From positions 223,593 through 282,786 of the forward strand of contig NW_019218004.1 of assembly GCF_002571385.2 (NCBI RefSeq): DNA of 59,194 bases, in the 5' to 3' direction. Source of the DNA: Stylophora pistillata (Eukaryota). The position numbers and the translations under genes were made by a program. The notes below the pieces were generated by a model. It saw only the letters and a list, made by a program, of their open reading frames with translations. It did no database searches and was not told where the DNA came from. Shown piece after piece: positions 48,301 through 59,194 of the stretch (within the stretch, counting starts at the first letter, position 1; each line of letters begins with the position of its first letter).

Positions 48301-51300
48301 TGTTGGGGCTATCGATTTGCGACTTTGAAAATGCACGACAACTCACTAGCTTCGAACCATACTACTGGCGTTGATAATCGAGGTATCAAAATCATTTTCA
48401 GTTGGGGTATTATATTATTTATTTTTTCGCTAATAAAAGAACGATCACGAGGCGAAAAATAAAATCACTTCTTTCGAAACGATCGAAGACCTCACTAAAT
48501 ATGCAGTTCCATGGTAAGCGCCTCGAACGGCACAGAGGAGGCTTTCGTCGTCGGCCTCGGTTTTTTTTAGCATATTGATGAGATATCCACTCCACGCAGA
48601 TTCCTTATTCATTACGAGGAAAAAGCTTACTATTCACTTATCGCATTTGTTTGCGTGGAAGCAAGCCGCAGTCAATTATAAGTGCTTTTTAAGATGATAA
48701 TGCACTAAAATGTCTAAGCAATGAGAAAAAGGCACTCAGCCGGGTTTTGTTTCATCTACATGCATTCTAAATACATTTATGTCAGTACATGACACGATCA
48801 AGTTAGTATGATGCTAGTGCTATTAGCATCTACAGTATTTAAAATCGATATAAATACTCGTTGCTCGTTGTACAGAGAAAACAAACCTTTTCACAATAAT
48901 TAACTGGCAACTCACAACCTCATTTTAGCCCAAACTTTAGCTTTATGAGATATCAGCAACTTAATAATTATTTATGAGTACTACTGAGAGAAATCTGGGC
49001 GATACGCCCTTAAGGAAACGTCTGTGCTGCACATATAAAAGTGGCACTATTTTCATATAAGGGACTTATAAAATCGTTATGGGGAAATCAATTCATATCA
49101 TGATTTTGCCGGAAAGCGTGCGATAAAAAGAAAATTTCCGCTAACACAGTGAGAACTGTTTCACAAGAATTGCCTTCGGAAGCTTAATTTCCCGAGCCTA
49201 ACTTGATGATTTTAAAATGTAAATGAAAATTTTTAAGGAAACCTAATGATTATTAAAGTGTTATATTTACCAATATATCTACAAATAATCCCTCGAATTG
49301 TGTAGTTTTGATTGACCCAACTGATAGGGTTTGTCGCATCCGATAAGTTAACAATTTCTCTGCATCAGGTGATCCACTCACACCAATATTATAGATGTAG
49401 GATAAAACGATTTGCGCTGAAATTGAGCACCATAGCAGCGTCACAATAAACGTTCCAAGAGAGCGAGTGTGCGACCCTGCTGAGCGAAAAAATTAAAAAA
49501 AAAATAGTGAAAAAATTTAAAAATGGCGTTTTTATCTAGTTCACGCTGCAACCGTCGATCTGTTTGCTTTAGAATAGTTAACATGATGTGTGTGGAAGAT
49601 AATCGGAGAATGCAGCCGATAGGTTTCCTTTGCTTTACATTATAAATAGCCTTGAAATTTCTAAATACACGAGCCATTCTGTCGGCCATTTTTTGTGTCA
49701 ACTTTGACCTTTTAATTGGTTCCCCTAATATAACTACCTCTTTGTTCTGAGTAGCTTTTGGGATCAATTTCACTTTAGTGTATGAGTGATAAATAATGAC
49801 AATATCGGGTGCAAAAACAAGCGAACGAAAAGGCCTAAGAATGAGTCTCTCAAATTTGCCAACTGGGGATTCGTGGTTTTCTCCTTTTCTCTTTTTTTTC
49901 GAAATTTGCAATTTGTGTCTGCGTAAATATGAATATTAAAAGGAGCTCATTTATTTTTTCTAACCTTTACTTTACGAGAGACAGTTCTATATATTCAAGC
50001 ATTTGAAATTCGGGAACAAAGTTCATCATTTTCTAAGAATCTGAATCTCATCCTATCTCTAGTTGTAACGTAAAAGTAATTTGTCCTCACTGTTTGACAT
50101 CTACCCCACTTTTATTGCTTTTATTTCATATAGTCTTGAATTTAGCCTTCGAATAGACTTTCCGTTTCTATGATGCAAATTATCTTTATTTTTGAAGTTG
50201 AATGAAATGCTGATTTGGTCATCGTAGATAACAAAGATGTATCGCTTAACACCACCATCGACGGGCCATAATTCCTACACAATTGAAAATATAAGCTTGT
50301 TTTGAACGAAGCAAAATCATAAACATAGAGAAGTAGATCGTAGTTGTCTCTTAATTAAAGTATCTAACCGCTAAATCTCTTCATAAACCTCATCTCATAT
50401 CATCATATTAGCCATAGCTTCTCTAAATGAATCTTTTGTTTTTGAAGAAAACAGAATACGTGACACATTTTCCACAGTAACCAATGTACTTATGCAAAGT
50501 GTACATTGCTTTATAATAAAAAAACAACTTGCGGGAAACTTTAGGAAGGCGAAAAAACTGATGAAATATTAGCCACATAGTCCTTTTACAAGTTTCTCTC
50601 ACGCAATCGCTTTTATTCCTTTTTTTTACAAAACGGGTTTTGACCAGATTCTGTTCTTAGGATAAAGAACGGAAGCATAAGATAATCTTGCGCAACAAAG
50701 TTTCCACTATTGAAATTTTCTCGAACTTTCAATGCACTTAAAAACAGCCGGTTAATGAACCTTATTTTTGATAAGTCTAATAGAGCTTTCCTCTTAACCC
50801 TTGCAAAGTGCAAAGTACGCATATCATAGACAATCGCGATTCACTGCAGACATTTGACGTTATCGAACGTCACAGGAATAAATAAAGGATAGTTGTTCTG
50901 GACAGCTGGATACTGCCAAGCTAACAAAGGTAATCAACACAGATCACAAATTCGCACAAGATACTGTCCGCGTTCTTACAAAAGAAGAAGATCGCATGTG
51001 GCTGACTTTAAAATACGACTTCTTGCTTTCAACGATAGTGGGTAAAACTGACTTCAACATTTCGGATGTGAAAAGTATACCAGATTTCCCAAATATCGTG
51101 AGGCAACATCAGAGAAAGAAAACATAGAGAACACAGACAGTCTCAGTAGTCGACGCAGTTGTGTCGCAAAACAACAGGTAAATCATACACGCGATAGCTT
51201 TAATTCTAACTTAACGAAAAGCGAGCGACCTCAGAGAAGTTGTATATTACCTGATTTATATTTAATCGCACAACTACAAGGCAAAGGAAAGAAAGATTTA

Positions 51301-52453
51301 GTAGTTAATTTCTATGTGCCTGGGGGTCTGGCATTTTTCAAGCATAAGGGTGCTTCCAAAGCTATTGTTTGAGGTAAGCTTACGCTAAAGGTGTTTTAAT
51401 TTCCTAAAACCACTGTTTGCTGTCAGCCTAAACTGCTAGTGTTTTAATTTTCTAATGATTATTCAAACTGTGCCGTGTTTTCATCGCATTATTATCGTTG
51501 GAGAGAGTCTGCCTTTTGGTCGAGTGTCGAGGGTTACATGTCGAGGGTGAGGGTAATATGTCGAGAGTCCAAAAAAACCAAAAGTAGTAAATCAATAACT
51601 AAATAAGAAATATTAAAATAAAAAATATTAAAATAGAAAATATATTAAAAATAAAAAAATATAAATAAATATTAAAGTTAAAAATGAAGTAGAAATAATG
51701 AATTAACAATTAAATAATAGTTAATAATAACACCGGGAATGCAAGTTTTCTACGCGGCATTTTTTGGGCATGTCTTTGGGGGAGCGTTGCGTGACATACT
51801 ACTTAACTGCGTGATAGATCGAAAGAAAGAACAGATTACTGCACCATTTCGGAGGGCGAAATTTAAAGACGAAATTATTCTGTAAAATTGGGCAAAACAC
51901 CTGCCTGCTGTAAAATATTGACTGCACAATAATTGACTTTATTGTGTGACCTCAAGCGCTAACCGGCGTGCGACTTATTCTGGAATTTGAACTACACAAA
52001 TGCGTTTCCGACTCGTTTCGGATTGAAAAACCAGATGCTTTAAACAAGAATACTGTACCTTCACCCAACAATTGTTGTTAGATTGGGAATATAATTTCAA
52101 ACATTACAACTTTCGTAAGCAGACTACCATGTTCGTGCGGGAGAAACATCTCTGGAAAAGAAAACTGTGGTGTCGATCCGGTATGCGGTTTACCGGTAAA
52201 AGCTTTTGTTGTCAGGGTAACTGGGCATACCTGGAAAACCGACCACATTGTGGCTTGACAAGCGTTGATCAATCTCAAACAAAGCACCCATGGAAAACAG
52301 CCATTCTCTGAAGACTCTTTAGCCCGACTGATAAAGAGGTCTCCGGGTTAAAAATTGTAATCACTAATGTTCGCCAAAACTGGCGGTCTGAGAATATCAA
52401 TTGGTCTACTTAATTGCGTGCACGCAACGCAACACAACGCCATTCTCGTTCAG

Positions 52454-52739
52454 TAGTGGCGGATCCAGGGGGAGGGTCCGGGGAGTCCGGACCCCCCCTA
52501 TCAGACCTGACGCTTACAAATTTGAGACTGAAATTCTTACATCGACAGGATCGTATATCACTTTTTAACTGGCTGATTTTTTTAATGAATCCAAGTAAAC
52601 GGTAAGCGGCCAAGGAATATAACGTGCAACCGCGACTGGTGGGAGGGGGTGTGGGGGAAAAGTAATTTGCCTTGGTCCAACAGTCCTTTCTGAACCAAAG
52701 TTTGGACCCCCCAATCAAAAATTCCTGGATCCGCCCCTG
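52454..52739. mobile_element. MITE (hAT-like termini)
   Basis: tagtggcggatccagg ... cctggatccgcccctg inverted ends. TSD not evident. Confidence 0.75.
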
Positions 52740-52846
52740 GATTTAGCAAAGCCTAAAAGTGGAGCTCACATATTTTTTTCCCACACATTTCAAGGGCACC
52801 ATGCCTTGCCCCAGCCAGGACTAGAACCTGGGTCCTTCCACTCAGA

Positions 52847-53288
52847 NNNNNNNNNNNNNNNNNNNNNNNNNNNNNNNNNNNNNNNNNNNNNNNNNNNNNN
52901 NNNNNNNNNNNNNNNNNNNNNNNNNNNNNNNNNNNNNNNNNNNNNNNNNNNNNNNNNNNNNNNNNNNNNNNNNNNNNNNNNNNNNNNNNNNNNNNNNNNN
53001 NNNNNNNNNNNNNNNNNNNNNNNNNNNNNNNNNNNNNNNNNNNNNNNNNNNNNNNNNNNNNNNNNNNNNNNNNNNNNNNNNNNNNNNNNNNNNNNNNNNN
53101 NNNNNNNNNNNNNNNNNNNNNNNNNNNNNNNNNNNNNNNNNNNNNNNNNNNNNNNNNNNNNNNNNNNNNNNNNNNNNNNNNNNNNNNNNNNNNNNNNNNN
53201 NNNNNNNNNNNNNNNNNNNNNNNNNNNNNNNNNNNNNNNNNNNNNNNNNNNNNNNNNNNNNNNNNNNNNNNNNNNNNNNNNNNNNNNG
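52847..53288. other. Assembly gap
   Basis: Run of N. Confidence 1.
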
Positions 53289-53289
53289 G

Positions 53290-53392
53290 ATGCCAGTAAG
53301 CCAGCCATACCAGTAAGCCAGCCATGCCAGTAAGCCAGCTATGCCAGTAAGCCTGCCATGCCAGTAAGCCAGCCATGCCAGTAAGCCTGCCG
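53290..53392. repeat. 17-bp minisatellite abutting the gap
   Basis: About 6 copies of ATGCCAGTAAGCCAGCC. Confidence 0.92.
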
Positions 53393-56300
53393 GTCAGTCA
53401 GTGGGTTGAACAGTTGGTCGGTCAACCAGTAATCAGTCAGTCAGCTAGCCAGTCAGTCTGCCCGTTGGTAAGTCGGTCGCTCATTAAGTCAAGACTGTGT
53501 CGAACACAAAATAATGAATTATATATCATCCTCGCACAAGCTTTCATTACTAAAACGAATAACTATACGCACGAGGTAAATAACCCGCCTGAGATTAATA
53601 CTCATTACTGATAGAGCATTTGTACTTGGCCGGTTCAATTGTGCCTAAGGTGTGCTTATGAAGTTTGATGTAACGTTTTTTTCGCATAAAAGGGGGCCTG
53701 CTTAGAGGATAGATTAAACAAATATCTCGATGAATAACACACATTTCAAATTAAAAAATAGCAAAAACCTTACGGGCTGCTACTCCGAATTAAACCGATC
53801 AAGATAGTGGTTCTCCAAGCCCAGGGATTGCATAGAAAAAATGCGTGCTTCTGTGACCGATTTAAACAAGCATACTCAGGAAAAAATATATATATTCCAA
53901 GTACACCCAACAGGAGTCGCACCTACCAGCTATCGATAAGTACTTCGCATGCTCTATTATCGAGCTATAGTAGACTCGGGTTGGCGACGGTGGCCATTAG
54001 ACTTGGCTCATAACTTTCCTCCGCCACCCTGTTGTCACGTGACGGATCTGAACATTGATGCAGCTGTTTGCAAATAGCTAGTTCGCGTAGCCAGGCGCGC
54101 CTAATTTAGACTAGGACGCGTGAGCGAAAGGCCACGCGTGTCTACTCGCGTACTTTTTACTCGCTGTTTGTCACCAAGTATCGGCTACGAAAGGTAATTT
54201 GTGATGTGAAGGAAAATGAATTTGGTAGATTTTTAACCTAATGATTATTTAGGGTGAACCGTCATGTAGTCTGTTTCTTTTTCTGATAAATGATATCGCA
54301 GAAGTCGATGTACTCGGCCAAAAAAGGAAAAAACGTCAGAGCGTTCACAACGATAATTAAACCTTTACCGACTTAAAAATTATCATTTCATCGATACAAA
54401 AATAGCTTAAGCCAATTACGTCTCTACAGAGTTCTTCACAGTTTTTCTAAAGATCAAATCAACTGAAGTGACTCTAAAGAATAAGTATTTCCTCTTTAAG
54501 AAGAGAACGGAAATGAAAACATCATACAGGGTTCATTTAGGGTGAGAAGTGTATTTAATTGCGTGCGTGCGAAAACAAAGATGGAACCAGTAAGGCAACA
54601 AATAAAAGGTAAAGTGATATCGATGTTAGCTTGGCTTAAATGGTTAATGGTAAAACACAAAAAGGGAGAAATATTTTGATGTGAGTATACATAAATTGGC
54701 TTATAATAAAACAAAAACAAAAACAAAACCAACAACATCGACCACAAACAAGGAAGCTTACTTGCTACTCTCTTCACCGGTTCTGGAGAGGATTCTTGGT
54801 CATTATGAAAACGATCTGACTTGTGTCTCCAGTCATCTTCAAGGAGTTGACGCTAGAAAAAAATTGCCGGGAAAGGAATACAGATGAAATGAAGAAATCA
54901 TCGGTTTTCGATATATTTTAGCGAGCTGGTGAGAGAAAAGGCAAATTGGACCTAACCTTTTTAGGATATTCTCTCAATATCGCCTTCGATGAGAAAGATT
55001 GAATTAAAAAACGTCGCCGTTTTAATTATACGAAAACGTAAGATAAGCGAGAGCACAGGGCTGTTAATTAACTTAAATTCGTACAGAATTTTGTTCAAAT
55101 AGCCATAGATATTTATTCTCATTTCAATATGAATGCTGTGGTTGCCAATACAAAGTTATTCTCTTTTTGAAAGCCCAGAATTGAGCTCTCCCTGTGTCAA
55201 CATTAGAAAGCAATTTCCTTGTAGGAAAAGGAGACACCTTTGCATTTGTCGTTAACATTTTAACTTAAACATTTTATCAGGAGAAAACACGTATTTCTGT
55301 TGACTGCCTTCCAAATCTACTATTTATCAAGGTATGTAAGAAACTAATCGAAATACTCTTCTTTTACGACAACCTTCAGAGATGTGTGTTTTATTTGATG
55401 AAAAGCTAAAACATTTATAAACTCCTTCTTTTCATATGATAAAGAAAATTTCTTGTTACACCGTTTACCACCTAAGCAAACTACTGCAAAACAGATACTC
55501 TTTGGCCAAAAAATAACTTTTCGTTAAAAGTTCTTTTTTTCTTCTTGCTTTCACGATGGAGCCCTATTATAGCCTCTCAAAGCGTTGCATGAGGCGTCAT
55601 AGAACTTGAAGACGAATTTAGTTTTTTTAAATGGTACAAACCAGAAGAAATAAACATAATTTTGTACAATATCATGACTTTGATGGCCAAAAATAATACA
55701 ATCTGAGGTAATGAATTTAAAAACCGCCGAAGCAACATGAATCACGTTTCTTGCAAATTCAATTATCGTTTCGTATTCGCAAAGCTATGCGAAAAGAAGA
55801 CCTGATTAAAACATTAAATGTTATTTGTAGAGGAGTTTTTTTGGTAACATCCTTAAAATTGAAGAATTCTGGGGTACCGCGTTAACAAGGAATCAGAGGT
55901 TGTTGTTGGTAATTTTCTGCATGACAATGTTCAATGATTAAGGATAACACGATCGAAATTTTCTTTCTTCCGTAATTATTTTGTCGTTGGCACCTTGCAT
56001 TAAATATGCAACGAAAAGCCTGAACAGCATTCATTTCCTCTCATGCGATCACCCATCTCTTGCATTTTTTATACTCAACTTTAGATTGGCATGGAAAAAT
56101 TTGCACGCCTTACGCGAAATGGCTTGAAGAGGCAAATCTCTCCCTGAGACAAAATGCGAAATGATTGATTCGTTTCTATTCTATTGAGCGAAAAATCCTC
56201 TTTATGTCGTTACGGATCTCCATTGTAGCTAATCAATAAACGGTGACCAATCCTGCATAAATATTTAAAATGACAGACGGGTCAGCAGCTGAATTGAACT

Positions 56301-59194
56301 TCATTGTTTAAACTGGACATATATGCTGTACAAAAAAAAAACTTCGCAGAAATTGATTTGTAGCAGTTGTAAGAGCTGAAACAATCGGGACATTGGCGGT
56401 GAAGAAAATTTTACTCGAAAAATACGGTAAAGTACAACTAATTTATCTATCTAGAATTCAAAACTACAATAAACCCAAACTGACGCGAACATTTCAATAT
56501 TTCATCATTATTGACGAAGTTAGAACATTCAGTCAGTGTTCATGAAGGTAGAATTTCTTGTTAATTATTCCGCAATTTTGCGTGCAGGAGAAATTCACAT
56601 CTTGACCGAAAATTTTTACAAAATAAGGAATCAGTTATTTTGACCATTCCGATCACCCTTGCTAAGTAAAAGATTACATGTTGAAAAGACTGAAAATCGT
56701 CAAGGAATCCTTAAATAAAAATAAGGTAGTTTGATTTGTTTTCGGCACACTTCAAAAGTACTGCCACTTAATTAAAAGGCCTTGATGTTTGACTTGGTAA
56801 AAGATCGGAAAAACATTGGTCAATAAACAGGTAATTAATTTTTTTTCTTTCAAGTTCTTCCAGTGTTCGCCGCGATTAGTCATTTCATAATCTTCAACAT
56901 TTCCATCACAATCAAAAAACATGTCCCTCGCTCTATTGACAGAGGTTAGTTGTATATCTTTTCTTCCACAAGCTAGAAGGAACTCGATAATGAGCACTTA
57001 ACCTACAAAACACTGGTTCGTTGATGAATTATGGAGAGTAATTTTTTTAGTGCCATGCGTTACGAACTATATTCAGGATTTTCGCTAAAACGCAAACTGA
57101 AACAAAACAAAGATGGAATAGAGATTGCAGACGGCCATAACATTTTCCATGCATTTTCGTAAACCGTTCGAAATTAATCTTATGCCTGTAAAGTTCAGAT
57201 CACATAGTCAGAGTTGATTTTCTTCCACTAATCCTACAGAACATGAAGCTTTTTTTTGATTGACACAAATGACACGAACTTCCCATTCAAGAGCTTCAAA
57301 CGTTACTGAAACATCTTATCGTCTAATCACCCCGGTTTACCGAAGTATTTATCGATGTGGAAGACCATTCGCGAGTACAATTTGCGAAACAATATAGCTC
57401 TCATAGATAGTGAACTGAGAGAACATACAAACAGAATAAATTACTTTGCCTCTAGTTAAATCTAGTAGTTTTAAAGAAATTCTATGTATGGATGAATCTT
57501 TTTAATGTGTTTCGTTTAGCATCAGTAATGACTCAACGACTCAACCCAAACAATAACTTGGCTTACGAATCCGAATAAAGATCAGTCAATAGTAAGCGTG
57601 CTTTGCTAGAATTCTATTCACCGCTGCGAAGATTTTTGTATTGCTCTAAAGAGCATATTTCAACCTTTACCACGTAATCTATTAAATTCTATTTATGGAC
57701 GTAATTATTGTAATATACGTATTTGGTTCTCCGAGGTTTGCTTTTCGACTCTATAAAACTGCTGGTAATTTATCATTTTCCTGCATTGCTCAGTTAAGAT
57801 CAAGTGATCTCAAAAGGCAGTAACGTATAATGCAAGGAGTGAAATTTCCTGTTCTTGCCTTTGTGTAGAATTGATATCAGATTTTACGCTTTTAAAACGG
57901 CAAAAATCTGAAATCCTTGAGTCATTTACGTTGTTTGATGGATATGTTAAAATCCATTTTCACCCAATCACTTCCTGGGCTTGACATTTTCTACAAACAG
58001 AACGTAATAGATAATTGCAGCTTAAGAGGAAGACAGGGTATGCAAATATAATTTTGACAGACTTCGAAGAGTGTTATCAAAAGTCTACGAAAATATCAGC
58101 AGTTGGGCACAAGATTCTTATCTACTGTTTTTGTCTTCAATAAAATGCTGAAATCAATTTAGACCACTTTAAAATCTATGAATGGATATGCATCTTCAGG
58201 TGAGAGGTTTCCACTCATATTCATTTGACTTAACGATTCGAAAATCTCCTCAGTGAATGCCATGCAGAAACTTCAGCATGAAGATTGCGGTTCAGTTTTC
58301 AGATCCATTCGACATCCTCCATTTGCTAAATTCCTTATTTCTCTTGTAATTGATCGATGTACTTTTTATGTCTTGATATTGTGGGGAGAAACTTACCAAT
58401 TGATCAGATCAGGGAGTGAAAGAGTAAGGGAAAAAATATCTCACAATAAACCTAAACTCAGTTGTGGGATGCAATCCTAAAAAGTTAATGACGATTTTGT
58501 GCTTTCGTTTTTCTAGACGTGAAAATTTATGAGGAGGTCTGGATAAGATATACACTAGTAAGAAATAAAAAAAAAAAAATGTTACAGCAGTTAAAACCTA
58601 AGAAATCGGCTTACTGATGCACTCATTGAAAGTGAGGTACAAAGTGTTACACAATCGTATGAAAGAACCTATTAGAGTTTCAACGACGTGATTAATACCT
58701 CATCCCGTTCATTTTTGACTATTTTACACACTTTTATGGATATATTTAATGAAAGAGAGAATTCAATTAAAGTTCAGCGTAAGAGGGTTTTAAAACTTAG
58801 GAGAAAATAAATCAAACTGTTTACCTTTGGAGGCGGAGAACACCTTCGATAAGTATATTTGTTGTTGTTCAAAATTAGTTCAAGTTTTATCAGTTCATAA
58901 ATTTTCAAAGACCAAAAATGTTCTTATGCTACAAAAAATAGAGCATTAAGATTAAAAATTACTTTTTCGTTTTCAATTAACTATGAATGCTATACTCTCG
59001 AAGAAGACGGCAATTGGTACCGGTAGCCGACGTGCAAATCTCGATTTCTGAAATTCCACGGGCAACCGATTGGCTTACGAATATATTTCGACTCGTGCAT
59101 CTTCCATAGTGGCCTTGGGTTGTCAAAAGTAACATGCAACTAACCAACACTGCCACTTGTTCGTAGTGTTGACCAGCAACCATACTGAGATATA

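Noticed and set aside
49441-49911. 156-aa minus-strand ORF
   Set aside because: Non-ATG start, no domain motifs, and the sequence looks like interspersed repeat.
52753-53376. Long ORFs spanning the N run
   Set aside because: Artefacts of the assembly gap and minisatellite.

Overview
Eukaryotic, AT-rich, repeat-rich genomic DNA. The repeat families and gene types suggest a cnidarian, probably a scleractinian coral (inference). Four host genes lie on the minus strand: the 5' exons of a TBC1D20-like Rab-GAP, an intronless LITAF/CDIP1-family gene, an intronless 1486-aa STAND/NLR-like gene, and an intronless aminergic-like class A GPCR. The most notable feature is the NLR-like protein. Its N-terminal domain resembles CXorf38/DUF4559 and keeps an intact HEPN-type R-x4-H motif. 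It is followed by a coiled coil, an NB-ARC ATPase, two kinds of TPR and the start of a beta-helix. This architecture looks like a candidate STAND-activated ribonuclease. Its upstream region has perfect STAT (GAS) and NF-kB consensus sites and a degenerate tandem array. The array is split by a 4.9-kb internally deleted Helitron that encodes a USP-like protease and contains a nested ISL2EU-like element, a Penelope RT fragment and a SINE. The rest is LINE fragments, foldback/MITE elements, an unclassified 3.3-kb TIR element, tandem duplications and one assembly gap. I recognise no host protein-coding gene from about 36.3 kb to the end. All homology calls come from motif reading and recall; no searches were run.
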